DNA of 64,000 bases, from positions 28,644,001-28,708,000 of the forward strand of contig OX597821.1 of NCBI GenBank assembly GCA_951406725.2, read 5' to 3'. Within the stretch, counting starts at the first letter, position 1. Each line of letters opens with the position of its first letter. The DNA is from Octopus vulgaris. Lineage: Eukaryota. The translations under genes and the position numbers were made by a program. This document shows, piece after piece, positions 25,976 to 39,960 of the stretch. The notes beneath the pieces were generated by a model. The model was not told where the DNA came from and made no database searches. It saw nothing but the letters and a program-made list of their open reading frames with translations.

Positions 25976-27307
25976 GTTGTTGTTATCATTTTCGTTGTTA
26001 TCATTAGTATTATTACTATTGCTACTATTATTATTTTTTCTTTTATTTTTATCAGTGCTGTTGCATCTACTTTCGCCATTAGTTCTACAACTATCAATAA
26101 GTACTTCGCTTTTTGCACTGCTTCGAGAATTGATGCAGTGTAGTGTAATTTATCAGCCAATCAAAGTTACCGGAAGAGATGGCTGCATGCCGGGGAAACA
26201 CTACGGAAACACTACATTGGACTTAAATATACCACTACATTCTCGTACGTTTGTCCTGAATACTACTCAGAATTCAATACAAATGACTGTACATACATTT
26301 ATGTGTATATATATGTGTGTGTATCTTTGTACTAGTACGTACATATATGTATGCATATATATATGTATATACATATATATATATATGCATACATATATAT
26401 ATATATGTATGTATGTATGTACGTATATGTATATATACGTACATATACACATACACATACGCTCACGTGTGAGAGCATGTGTATACATATATGCACGTCT
26501 GAGAGCTTCTATTTCAGTGAAATTCAAACCCATAATAATTAGGCCATAAAGCTTTATTTCAGTTGAAAACTAAACATTTACTTATCGCTCTGTGAAATTA
26601 GTATGGTCTGAAATAAATTGTCTAAACATGTTGTTTGCATATTGTCAGCTATCGATTTTCATGTCTGGTTTATATGAATATCACATATCTCCTTATGCCG
26701 TCTAAATGTGTACACACACACATACACACACATACACACACATACACACGTCAAAGAATGATTACTTAGTATATGTCTGTTTACTCAGTTACAAAGGTAT
26801 TTCATTTACATGTTTTTCTATTACGTTAGAATTACTTCAATAAAATCTATTCCCCAGATCACTTCCATTTCTATCAACATCTCCCAACACACTTTCGCGT
26901 CCAATCGCAACACACATCTTTTTCTTCTTAATACACAATATCATACTCAGATTTTATGGGGTTTTTTTTTTCTTCTTTTCAATCAATTCGAAATTATATT
27001 TTCCATCATGTTTTGCAAGTAAATTTCGGGTGATGGATATTTCATTATATGCTGTTTGTCCCCTATCTTCTCTTTTTTCTTACGTATATTGTAGAATATT
27101 ATCCTTTTCGATATTGCAATTCTTATTGCTGCTTTGTTCCATGTTGTTGTAGATGTTGTTTCTTGTCTAAATCTTCATATACGAGGGAATAACTTATTCA
27201 ATGTATTTATACTGTACTGAAGATAGTAAAGTGTGGTTTGAGTTCGATGTGTCTGTTATCTCTAATAATTGAACCGGCTTCATAATTTGTCACTCGCTAG
27301 CTCAGTA

Positions 27308-27527
27308 TTGGTTTCAAATTTTGGCACAAGTCTACTGATTTCGAGGTAAGGGGTGCATCAATTTTACATCAATCCCAGTGTTCAACTGGTACTTTACTTT
27401 ATGAACCCTGAAAGGACGGAAGTGAAAATCGACCTCGGCGGAATTTGAGCTTAGAATATAACGACGTACGAATTGCTGCTAAGCATTTTGTCCGGCGTGA
27501 TAACGATCCAGCCAGGTCACTGCCTTC
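27308..27527 (-). mobile_element. SINE family B, older subfamily
   Basis: tcgacctcggcggaatttgagc..gctaagcattttgtccggcgtgataacgat matches other family-B copies. Confidence 0.85.
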
Positions 27528-27922
27528 GCTAGCTTAACATTCGCAGTGTTTTGCTCTTTCCGTTGTTGTTGATGCTCCTGTTGTTTAACTTTCTAATTTC
27601 TGTCCGTCGCTGAAGGAAGACACCTTTGACAAAACGTACAGATCCCGTCTATTTTTTCTTCCTCATTTTTTTTTTTGTGCACTTTCTGTAACAAAAAATA
27701 TAATAGTAAATGTGTTCTTCCTCTTTGAAAACGATAGGGTGTCATTTGTGAAAGTCTTGGCTGCTATGTTTACTAATTTCAACAACCAGTTTAAGATTTG
27801 CTATCCTCAATGTCTTCATTTTCAATCAATTTTGATTGGCTAGTATTATTGAAGGTTATCTGCATTCTTGGTAGCTTCTAGATCTTAAACACATTGCACG
27901 GATAATCTCAGTTAAAGATAAC

Positions 27923-28338
27923 GGATCATTTCGGTTTGAACGACAGTTTTTCTAGCGGTGTCATATGAAATTGTCACCCATAATTATGACCCTAGTATCG
28001 ATCTGTTGCATTTCAATCTATTTTAGGGTTATGGTTAGTTAGGGTTTGGGTTAGGTTTAGGGTAAGGGTTAAGGTTAGGGGTGGAGGAAGGGTATCTTTT
28101 TTCTTCACGAATGTAAATAAACCCAATCTGTTTCTTAAACGAGGGACATATTCATACAGCACAGAATGTTGTTTGCCTCAATGGACGTCAGTGATTGGTT
28201 GAAATTGCATAAATTGCAGAAAAAAACAACAAGAAAAAAAAGATGTTTTATAAACACATTCTACCAGTATACGAAGTTTAAAATTCTTTAGTTACCTAGA
28301 AATTATGTTAAAAACTGCCGTTCAAACCGAAAAGATCA
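27923..28338. mobile_element. MITE copy 1 (GG-starting TIRs, 8-bp TSD; Merlin-like) with internal TTAGGG tract
   Basis: TIRs ggatcatttcggtttgaacgacagttttt / aaaaactgccgttcaaaccgaaaagatc. Flanks aagataac / acgataac. Second copy at 46783-47190. Confidence 0.88.
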
Positions 28339-28909
28339 ACGATAACTTTTTCACTAATTAGAAAAATTAATCTTTTATTATGCAATACATTCACCTGAAA
28401 GATATGCATCCAAGTTTTCCAGTTGGCATTCATAATCAGAGTCGCTAGTTGTCCTCTATTTCTATATAATGATCGTTTCTACATTTTGCTAACTGGGTTT
28501 TATCATCTCTTGCTGATGAGGTGCAATACCTAATGTCGGGTAAAATAACATTCTATTGAAGTTGAAAACAGTTTACTAAATGTTACTCAGTGTGTCATGT
28601 AAGCGATCGGCCGACATTCCTGAGCGTTTAGAATTCGGAACTGACTAATGATCGGTTACGTGAAACAGGTTTAAGTATAAATCTTGCTTAATAAATATTC
28701 ATCACAGTTAATAAATTATATTAACGCTACTTTCTAGAGTTCTATTCCAGGCAGTGACACACAGATTTTCGACCTGTAACCAATTTGATAAGTGCCAACG
28801 CACGAAATACACATGTCTTCGGTCACTATATTACTTCTGCTAAATATTAATAAAAATATACATATGCTTATACCTTATAATTTTCCTATTTTCTTCAACA
28901 TACATGTGC

Positions 28910-28998
<89 letters not shown>

Positions 28999-29490
28999 CT
29001 CCTTGGAGTAAACATCCTGACCAACTACAAAAGAAACCAGCAAAACAATTTTTTCTTCTTCCCTCTCCTCTTTTTCTTTCTTTCCTTCTTTTTCTTTAAT
29101 ACACCTTTCAGATACAAAAACACACACATACGCACACAAACACACACCTGCTCTCTCTCTGTCTCTCTCTCTCTCTCTCACTTTCTTCCCATTCATCACC
29201 CTCTTGTACTATATTATATCTCTCTCCACCACTACACACTCAATAATACTGTAAAATGGTCAAAAAGTTTTCCACAAGAACATAATTCAATTTGATAACT
29301 CCACCAGGATAGACAAAAGCGCTATTATATGATATATGATATAAGTTATATGATGTATAAAAACATGTAATATACAAATAAATATCTGTAAATATAAAAC
29401 CATCCGAATTTCTGAGTACCGCATTTCTTCTAATATAAAATACCTGTACATCATCTCCAAACCTTCTAACATATATATATATATATATAT

Positions 29491-29900
29491 ACTAGTAAAA
29501 TTTTGCAATTGCTTGCGTGCGTGTTTGTCTGTAATTTAATACAGCCAAACCAGCCTATAATGGGGAAATTCTCTCAAGATAAGGTACTTCTGAAATGTAA
29601 ATAGAAACAGAATATAACAAGTTACGCATAAATCGGACCGCGGATTCTCGAGATATGCGGTTTTCGGGGTTTCTTTCCTGAACTTTAAGCATTGAAACCT
29701 GAAGATATTGTCCTTTACCGTGAACAAACGGCACAATGGGAAAATATTCTGAAAGTAAAGTACCATTGGAATATGAATACAAACGGAATAAAAAAAAGTT
29801 TCGCGTAAATCAGACCACGTATTCCCGAGATACGCGTTTGTTTTTTGTCGCGTACCTTGAACTATTGGCGACCCGATGACTCACATGTAGTTTGGGATAT
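29491..29900. repeat. Unclassified non-autonomous element with a diverged internal duplication of about 180 bp
   Basis: aagttacgcataaatcggaccgcggattctcgagatatgcg (about 29619) recurs as aagtttcgcgtaaatcagaccacgtattcccgagatacgcg (about 29796). Begins at a (TA)n-ctag junction. Confidence 0.5.
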
Positions 29901-30934
29901 TCTAAATATCGCTGACCTATTTCAGCCAGGCGTACTTCCCCTCAATTGCGAACCTGAATACAATGTATTTAACGAATATCCAATGTTTAATATAGAAATT
30001 GAGTATTTATAGATTGCCGTGTCATTTTAAAGGCAACAATAGCATGTTATTATCCTTTAAAAATGTTACGAAATCACTGGCAAAGAATAAGTCCATAGAA
30101 TAAGACAAAGATGTCCAGGGAACTTAATCAACCAGACTATTATTGATTCTGTATTGGCGGAAATTGACTTCAGTTACGATATTAATACATTTGATAAAAG
30201 CAAATACATAAAAAATTCCCAATTTCCGATTCTCTAAAACCACTTTTCTTTTTCTTTACTATACCAAAATACAATATATTCAGAATTTTATGCGATCCTC
30301 TGTGAGTAATCAGAACATATTTAGGGAGACAGACACGTGTCCGAAGAAGCTTTAAACTTCTTACGTAATCTCGGAAAATACATGAACTACAATTTTCAAT
30401 TTCCTTTATTCTCAAGAAAATTTAATTCCTCGTTGTAGTTGTTATTTTGTTTATTGGCTCCAGAATAGCCTTCCTACTGCAACACTATGATATAAAGCGT
30501 TCAAGCCATGATTTGTGATTCATGCTGTTTATGTTGCTTAGCTCCAAGATAGCCCTAATTGTGTAACCCCGAGATATAATTTACTTCCACTCATGACCAG
30601 GTTCAATGTATATAGGAACACTTTATCTAAATTAACAACTCATATTTTCCTAAAAGAATTAAGCAGGATTAAAGAATGATTTTACCGATGTTTTTAGAAG
30701 CTGAAATATTTAACCACCAACTGGCTACATTTGAAGTATTCTGGTTGTATGGTCTACCAAGGTGATGAACTGGGGGAATTGTTTGCACGTCTCCAGATGT
30801 TGAATTTGCTTTTTATTCTGTCGGAAATTATAAAAAGGTTACCCGCTGCGCTCTGCGGTTGACAAGCATATTTCTTCTAAATATGCTTGTCTTGCGCCAA
30901 AATCGAGGAGACAAAATATAATAAACCTTCTTTC

Positions 30935-31178
30935 TCTCTATTTATTTCCGTCATTGGACTACGGTTATGCTGTTGCAACGCGGTCAAAGATTTAGTCAAA
31001 TCGACCACAGAACGCCTTAAGTCCTGGTATTTATTTAATTGGTTTATTTTGCCGATCAAATAAGTTGCAGTGTCGTAAAGTAAAGAACACCCGGATATCA
31101 AGCGGTGGTAACAGACAAATACATATACAGAACAAAGAGCACACACGTATTTGTATATGTGAATATGCATATAAATGC

Positions 31179-31251
<73 letters not shown>

Positions 31252-31410
31252 TTACGGACTCCTTTCAGTTTCTGTCTACCAAATCAACTTGAATATTTAT
31301 TCGGGCTGGAGTCATAGTAGAAGATACCTTCTCCAAGTGCCATGCAGTGAGATTAATCCCAAGTTATCTGGGTGCGAATCAAGCATCTTAACCACATAAA
31401 CACGCCTGCA
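30935..31410 (-). mobile_element. Old degenerate family-A SINE whose internal microsatellite is (GATA)n
   Basis: Tail-like segment near 30940-31030 and head-like segment 31255-31410 (ctttcagtttctgtctaccaaat..gtagaagatac) flank (GATA)n at 31179-31251. Confidence 0.65.
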
Positions 31411-32087
31411 GCTCTATTGAATATGTGCAGAAAACATTTATTTTGAATATCAAAGATATCTAGCTATTGATAATCTGAAGCCGCTGTCACACGATAATTT
31501 CTTTCAAACATTTCAATACGCCAATAGAGAGATATTCAACCATGATAATAGTCGGGGGCTTTGCAGTACTCAATGTGACAAAATAAACATCATCTTGTAT
31601 TTAGTTAGATACCTTAGCACTATTGGTTCAAATCTCATTGCGTTTGATTACTTTCGCATTTTCCCCATTTCTTTAAAATAAAATATCACGGTAATATTGG
31701 GATTGATTTAATCGATTACAACTCGTCCCCATCTATATGTTTCCTTGCAGCAAACTGAGAAATAATTCTTAGACAAGATTAATAAACGGATTGTGCCATC
31801 CCATAGAGATGTTATATATATGTACTCATCTGGTTTTAACGATTTACGTATGCAACAATATGAGTGTGCGCATGTTTGTTTGTGTGTCTGAGTAGGAATA
31901 CAATATAAACGCATGTAATGGTAGCAAGCGAAAGATGAAAGAGGAATTACTCGAGACGTATATGAAGTAAAGGACAGAAAATGTAAAGGGGAGTTGAACG
32001 ATTAGACTTGCAATCAAGCTGATAGAAGGGATGAATTATTTCATCAAATATGTTTGCATATGGCGTGCGGGTATATATATAAATATT

Positions 32088-32118
<31 letters not shown>

Positions 32119-32215
32119 AAAGGGCTTATTTTGAATTCGCCTTAAATGGTCCCTTTACATACTGAATACTTGGTGAAATTGATTAATAATTAATTAATTT
32201 TACCCTCAATTGTTG

Positions 32216-32664
<449 letters not shown>

Positions 32665-32677
32665 TGTATGTATATAG

Positions 32678-32726
<49 letters not shown>

Positions 32727-32727
<1 letters not shown>

Positions 32728-33060
32728 AATATAAATTAGAGAAAAAAACACTATTATGCAATTCAAACCAATTCGTAAAAAAAAAATTATTTTTATAAAA
32801 CAATTGAATTGTATATTAGTGGTCTTTTCTCTAATTTGTATTTTATATATTAATATTGTGAAATTTGATTTAATACTAAATTGAATTTTTCCCTGTAAGT
32901 TTGGAGTTATACTCCCAAATATATTTATTATTATTATATATATGTATATATGAGAAAAAAGTCAAGATAGAAAGTGCTAAAATAATTTTATAAAAATTAT
33001 ATCAGTACCGGGTTCACTCATTGAGCCTTTTTCAACTTTAAGTATGGAAAACAAATAAAT
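32727..33060. repeat. AT-rich PLE-end-like fragments in TA microsatellite, including an inverted repeat at 32727-32843
   Basis: aaatataaattagagaaaa..cactattatgcaattcaa pairs with ttgaattgtatattagtggtcttttctctaatttgtattt. The motif cagtaccgggttcac (about 33003) resembles a mutated GAAA-CCGG-TA hammerhead half on minus. Confidence 0.5.
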
Positions 33061-33434
33061 TTTGGAAAAATTACAAGAAAAGTTTTTTAAAAGAATATTT
33101 GCACAGTGTTCAAATACAAGTGGCATTTCCTTGTTTCTGCCTGTCTCTGTCTCTTTTGTTTGCTCTTGTGGGTTCGAGATAGTGTGTGTGTGTGTGTGTG
33201 TGTGGTGTTTGTGCCTATGTGTCTGTACATATTTAGTGTACATATAAATATATAGACAGAGATAGTTGTACGCACACATATATATTAAAAGACAAGTATG
33301 TATACATGTAACTACGTATAAATCCACAGATGCACATACACACACAGACGCACGCACGCACACACACATACACACACACACTTATATAGATAAACATATA
33401 GAGAGACAGATATAGATCTAGATATACACATATA

Positions 33435-33830
33435 TAGGAGTAGGCGCGTCTGTGTGGTAAGAAGCTTGCTTTTCAACCACATGGTTCAGGGTTCTGTCAC
33501 ACTGCGTGCTACCTTGGGCAAGTGTTTTCAAGTATAGCTTCAGGCGGGTCAATGAATGGTGAAGGGATTCGGCACTAGACCAGAAACTGAAAGAACCGCG
33601 TCGAATGTATATATCGATATCTGTACGTAAGTGTGTCTCGGTGTGTCTCACCACCGCTTGGCAATGGTGTGTTTATGTCCCCATAACTTAACGGTTGGGC
33701 AAAAGAGACCGATGGAATAAGTACCAGTAAAAACAAGCAAATAAGTACTGAGGTTGACAAAGTACAAATTTTTTCAAGGCGGTACATCAGCATACCCGTA
33801 GTCCAATGACGGTACCAGTTAAATGATAAA
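33435..33830 (+). mobile_element. Degenerate family-A SINE
   Basis: ctgtgtggtaagaagcttgc..ccttgggcaagtg..taacttaacggttgggcaaaagagaccgat. Confidence 0.8.
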
Positions 33831-33842
33831 AGATATAAGATA

Positions 33843-34070
33843 GAGCTGGCAGAATCGTTAGCACGCCGGACGAAATGCTTAGCAGTCTTTCGTCTGCCGC
33901 TACGTTCTGAGTTCAAGTTCCGCCGCGGTCGACTTTGCCTTACATCCTTTCGGGGTGGTTTAAATAAGTACCAGTTACGCACTGGTGTCGATGTAATCGA
34001 ATTAATACGTAAGTCTGGCCTTGTTTGTCCCATCTATGTTTAGCCCCTTGTGGATAATAAAGAAACAGAT
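33843..34070 (+). mobile_element. SINE family B
   Basis: gagctggcagaatcgttagcacgccggacgaaatgc..gtttagccccttgtgg; matches 49979-50211. Confidence 0.9.
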
Positions 34071-34581
34071 ATATATTGAACAAGGAAAGACAGACAGGCG
34101 AGCAGATAGACAGATAGCTACATAGCTAGATAGGTGGGTAGATACATGGATAGGTAGACAACTACATAGCTGGAAAGGACGATAGATACATGGATAGACA
34201 TCTACAAAGCTGGATAGGCGGATAGATACATGGATAGATATACACATATATAAAAACTGTGCGTGTATCAGATTTTCTCTGCAGTTACCTTAGTGTTCAT
34301 GCATGCGCCCGCGCTTGTGTGTATGTGCATCTGATAGTGTGTGTACATATTTATGCATGTATATAGTTATGTATATACGTGTGTTACTCCGCATGTGTTG
34401 TGTATACAGCGTATAGAATTTCTATAGTTCAATAATGATACTGACATAAAATAGTAAAAGATGGGTCACAGAGAAAAGAATTTCTATCACTGGAGCGACA
34501 AATTTAATTAGATGTTTGCTAAACATTAAAGGACATACAAAAATCAATTCATCGGAGAGATAGGGCGAAGTAAATAAACAC

Positions 34582-34628
<47 letters not shown>

Positions 34629-35346
34629 AACACACATGAAAACAAAACGCGAGGAAAAAAACAGTAAAAAAACAAGAGAAACCTTATAACAAAGATATAG
34701 TAAATATATATCTAAAACAAAATAGAAGAAATGACTATATCTCAAAGCAGATTAGGGGTATTCGCTTTTACAAAGCTCACTCAGACGTATTATTAGTCGT
34801 CTAGGGAGAGGTTATATATGTGTGTGTGTGTGTGTTTGCGTGTGTATGTGCGTGTGTATGTGCGTGTGTGTGTGTATGTAGTTATATATATATACGTGTG
34901 AATGTATCTCTATTCAACTCTCTCTCCCTCTCTCTCTCTATATATATATACATATATGCATTTATACATTTATATATACATACATATACATATATACATT
35001 AACATTTATATATATACATATACATATATATATATGTATATATATGTATATATATATATATTTATATATGAGTGCATGCATGTATGTATGTGTGTCTAGT
35101 TATGTTTGTATTGAATATTGAGTATTGCCGGAATTGTTATCACACACACACACACACGCGCACATGCATACATGTATACGTACGTAGATACATAATAAAT
35201 AGATAGGTACAAATATAGAACTCCACCACATCCGTTCCCAAACGCAGTTGAGAGAGAAGGTGTGTGGTTGGCAATGATCTAGAGGCCCTACGCTATCAAT
35301 TTTCTACATTCCACTTGAAACGCCTGCAAGAAAATAATTACTTATA

Positions 35347-35388
<42 letters not shown>

Positions 35389-35767
35389 TAGATTTGTATA
35401 CATCTTAGACTACTGGCGTTTGCAGTTACGTTTGTAGCATGAAGATGTCGGCTTCATATCTTGTAGTTATAGAACATCGTGACTCCTGCTGAATGCCGTA
35501 GGCATGAAACTTTAAGTAGTAATAAATAGCACAAACCGAATAGATATAATTGTATTTACACCATGTATTGCGTACACTCTTTATTTTCGTTATAAAGAAT
35601 ATATATATATATATGCACAAAGTGTGACACAGATTTTAGGATATAGAAATAGTTATATACATCGGTGAGTGAGTAGTAAGATGCACATATACACACATGT
35701 ACGCGTACATGCATACTTACATTCGCACTGCCACGCATACATAGATAAGCATGCAAGTGTGTATTTG

Positions 35768-35797
<30 letters not shown>

Positions 35798-35798
<1 letters not shown>

Positions 35799-37053
35799 TG
35801 AATCATACCATAAATAATGCGGAGTAAGAGGGATAAACTACCAACATGAACTTGCTATAAAAGTAGGAAGTTATATTACGTTGTACTTATTCTTAGTGTA
35901 AGTTCTGAAGAGTGCAGTTCGATTTTTTAAAGTTATTTTTTCTAAGCTATAATGAATGTGCCAAAGGAGCATGTTCGGCATATTTTACTGTTTGAGTTCA
36001 AGAAAGGCAACCACGAAACGAAAAGTGCGCGGAATACTACTGCAGTATATGCGGACCGAACAATAAGCGTAAGCCAGGGTCAACAGTGGTTCCAGAAATT
36101 CCGAGCCGTTAACTACAAGCTAGAAGATGAGCCTCGTCCTGGAAGATCTATAGAACTCGACGAGGACGTCCTGCAAACCTTGGTGGAAGAAATTCCCATC
36201 GTAACTTTTGAGAAACTAGCAGCGAAGCTTGGATTTAGTCATTCAACCTTCGTGCCCTCATAAAAGTCGTCAAATTGGGTCAATGGGTTTCTCACAAACT
36301 TTCCGAGTCTAATCGCACGAAGACAGTGAATGTGTGCTCTTCTTTGCTCTCACGTCTCACGAATGAACCCATTTTAGACCGAATAGTAACTGGTGACGAG
36401 AAATAGGTTCTCTATAAAAATGATAACCGCCGAAGACTGCGTAGGGAAAGGAGAAACACTCGCAGCGCAGGTTAAGAAAAGTCTTCAGCCACGTAAGGTG
36501 CTATTATCTTTTGGGTGGGATAAGAGATGTTTAATCTACTCTGAACTTTCAAAACCAAGCCAAACGATAACGAAGCAGATCTACTGCGGGCAGCTTGAAC
36601 GTCTTAAGTCAGTGCTAGAAGAAAAACGACGATCTTTGGATTTAAAACTAAATGTGTTCTTCCATCAGGAAAATGCTCGGCCATATACAGCAAGAATGAC
36701 ATTCCAAAGGCTGGTGCAGTTTGAATGGGAATCGATGCCCCACCCACCATATTCGCCGGACATTACCCCATCTGATTATCATGTTATTCCACAGTCTTTA
36801 TTCCAGTCTTCAAAATCATTTGGACAGAAAAAAATAGGAATTCTGTAGACGAGATCAGAACAGTACTGGATAAGTATTTTACTTTATGGACAAGTGAACT
36901 TTAGTAGAGGGGCCTGGCAAGTCTATCAGGAAGATGAAAGAAAATCGTAGAAAATGAAGGAGAATATATTTTAGATTGAAAAACAACTTTGTTTATCTTA
37001 ATTTTGAAAAATAAAAGTATTAAAATATCTGCATAATTTATGGGATGACTCAA
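35798..37053 (+). mobile_element. Near full-length mariner transposon (about 1.26 kb) with TIRs and TA flanks
   Basis: Left TIR ttgaatcataccataaataatgcgg. The right TIR reverse-complements to ttgagtcatcccataaattatgcag. TA on both sides. Confidence 0.93.
35952..36979 (+). pseudogene. Mariner transposase pseudogene
   Basis: HVRHILLFEFKKG, WFQKFR..LEDEPRPGR, WVSHKL, IVTGDEK*VLY, FHQENARPY (catalytic D to E) and HPPYSPDITPSDYH; broken by frameshifts and stops. Confidence 0.92.
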
Positions 37054-37151
37054 TATATATATATATATATATGTATGTAAACAAACCAAATATATATATT
37101 ATCATGAGATATTATTTTATAATTGTATGTGTATGCACATACACACACATA

Positions 37152-37200
<49 letters not shown>

Positions 37201-37203
<3 letters not shown>

Positions 37204-37531
37204 ACCCCCTTCGGTCATGACTGAGCAGGGGATTGCACCTAGAAGGTTACCCTCCTAAGCACAAGTCCGGGTAAGATTGTAGATGGCCAGCAGTTGCCTA
37301 TGCATACCAGCCTTTCCTCTCCACGTTACCTGTGTTATCCAAGGGAAAGGCAAAAGCCGATACAGCTTGGCACTTGTGAGGTCGTAACTCATTTCTACAG
37401 CTGAGTTAACTGGAGCAACGTGAAATAAAGTGTCTTGCTCAAGAACACAATACGCAGCCCGGACCGGGCATTCCAACTCACAACCTCACGATTGTAAGCT
37501 CGACGCTCTAACCATTGAGCCATACGCCTTC
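37201..37531 (-). mobile_element. SINE family D (tRNA-like head, CORE-like segment)
   Basis: Minus strand gaaggcgtatggctcaatggttagagcgtcgagcttac..gtgttcttgagcaagacactttatttcacgttgctccag; near-identical to 54226-54568. Confidence 0.92.
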
Positions 37532-37532
37532 A

Positions 37533-37589
<57 letters not shown>

Positions 37590-38077
37590 TGTGTGTTTTT
37601 GTGTGTATACTGTTTATGAGGGGGAAGAGTAGTAGAAATACTCTGTATTCATTTGGATAATAATGGATGTCATTTGCCGGTAATTCAATTAAGCTAATTT
37701 CAACAATTGTTATGCATACTTTTTAATATTAATCTAGTTAAGGCAACCTATTTGGAGATCTTAGGCCCCAACTTTCCAAATCCTCATTCGTAAATAGCTA
37801 CACATATCATATATACCTTCAATTTAACTGCTATACATCACTCAGCACGCCTCCGATGAATAGTGTGTTTGATTTACTCTATCTGTTCTTCCTTTCACTT
37901 GTAATTCTAATTATTGTTACCGTTTAACCCTAACTCGACCTTTATCGAATAAACTATATTACCTGATGATTTTGTTTACTCTCCTCTCGCCTTGAAATGT
38001 GTATTCAGCGTATTATTTGTGGAAAATTTAAGTGCTCTTCCTTGCCGGTCTTGTGACTATATAGAAATCTTCTTCGT

Positions 38078-38759
38078 TTGAATTCTGGGTTCTAGAAACG
38101 TATGGAGAGTTGAAAAACACTGCATACGTATTTTCGATACACTCTTTGTAGGCAAATCCGTGTTTCTGTAGTAATAACCAATCTATAACGATATACATCT
38201 GACCGTTATTTAATATGTAATGACATTTTTAATAGAAACTGCCATTTCTAGGTAAAATATCTGTATTTATGCCACTACTAAAATTAACACCATGACCAAA
38301 TAAATCGATTAAGCATACCCAGGTCGATATCCTTACGGTATTGAATTGAGAACTCTGAGAAATGACAAAGCTAATAATGATTAATGAAAGTCACCTTAAT
38401 TGAAAGTACTGATTTCAAATCTTTCTAAGAAATAAAATGAGGCAAACACAAACCTATTCTAGTGTAAAATAACGAATGCAACTTAAACCTGTGCTCTCGC
38501 CATAAGATACTCTGCATAATAATAGATTTGAATGTAAAATCGTTGGATGTATTCTGCCTTTGTAATCTCATTCTGTATGGAGTGTTTTAGTTGTAACTGC
38601 TCTAGATGCAAAAACTATAGAAAACCAAACTAAAATCTTTACAATACTACGTTATATGATGCCACGGATTGAATTCTAGGTTCTAGAAATGTATGGATAG
38701 TTGAAAAACACTGCACGCTTATTTTCGATACACTCTTTGTAGGCAAATCCATGTTTCTG
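38078..38759. repeat. Pair of 91-bp direct repeats (38078-38168 and 38669-38759) separated by 500 bp
   Basis: ttgaattct(g/a)ggttctagaaa..cgatacactctttgtaggcaaatcc(g/a)tgtttctg with only a few substitutions. Confidence 0.92.
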
Positions 38760-38889
38760 AATATTTGAATAAGGTTGTATTTAATTTTCCAATTAATCCT
38801 TCTAAGATCAATAAAGTAAATAACAGTAAACTACTGGAACATAAATCTACAACTATCCCGTTTCTCAGAACACTTGGGGCTTGCATCGT

Positions 38890-39960
38890 TGTTGAGGGAA
38901 GAGAAGTGGGTTAGTCGATGCCATGGACTTCAGTACTTGGCAACTATTCTTTTGTCGACCCCGAAGTTAACCTCAGCAAGATTTGAACTCAGCCGGTAAA
39001 GTCTCAGAACAAATACTGGATAGCTGGATAGCATCTTATGGCTTTTTGTCATAATCTATTTCAAATTTCGGTACAATGCCTGCATGTTTTAGAGGAGGAC
39101 GTTAGTCGAGTCCACTGAACCAGGTGCGCAACTGGATTTTTTGTTTTACTGATACCGAATGAATGAAATCCAAAGAACCGGAAATATTGCTACTGAGCAT
39201 TTTCCCAATGCTCTAACGATTCTGCTGGCTCACTGCCTTGTGGCCTTCTGTAATAATTGTTGCTTTTTAACTTTTGACTCGAAGCCAACAATTCTGAAGG
39301 GATGATAAAATCGATTACATCGATCCAAATGTACACCTAGTAATTATTTAGCAGAGGATGAAAGGCAAAGTCGATGTCAGCGTTATTTGAACACAGAATG
39401 TCCTTTAATAGTAAAAATATTATTACACATTATTAAATTCTTTAGTGACGATGGGTATCTGAATCTCTTGTTAGTTGAAATAGCAACACGGGTAAGAATT
39501 TCAGGTGAATTCGAATAATATTGATATTGTTAATGGTACTGGATTTGTAGATTATAAATTGTCGAAAGACAGTCCTTGCAGTATTTCGTCCGGCTCTTTA
39601 CGTAATGACTCCACCCAATTCCACCGAAGACAACTGTGCCTTTCAACCCTCCTGCTCGGTAGCATAAAGCTCCAGTCATGTACAGGACCAGATGGTATCA
39701 ACTAAGTAGCTCTGCTCAAAAATGTTGGATATTGTTCGGGCAAAATTAGAAACAATTAGAAGCGGTGAGCTGGCAGAATTATTACAACATTGAGTTAAAT
39801 GCATTTGCGAGGTTTGTTATGTCCCTTTCCTATTTATGCTTTAATCCAACCAAGGCCATCTTTGCCTTTCATTCTTTCGGTGTCGATAAAATAATGTAAT
39901 AGTCAAGTAGGGGAGTCGAAGTAATCGACTTGCTTCCTCATCTAAAAATACTGGCCATTT
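38890..39960. mobile_element. Cluster of old family-B SINE relics in both orientations
   Basis: Repeated gatgaaaggcaaagtcga, atttgaactcag and tttgcctttcattctttcggtgtcgataaaataa segments. Confidence 0.65.

Noticed and set aside
28021-28082. TTAGGG repeats as a telomere or chromosome fusion scar
   Set aside because: The tract is internal to a MITE with TIRs and TSD that has a second copy in the window.
28505-28680. CTGATGA-ggtgcaatacc and ctaatga..gaaacagg hammerhead-like fragments; similar weak cases near 1112, 12480, 20300, 27610 and 57458
   Set aside because: None has a complete core together with closing stems I and III.
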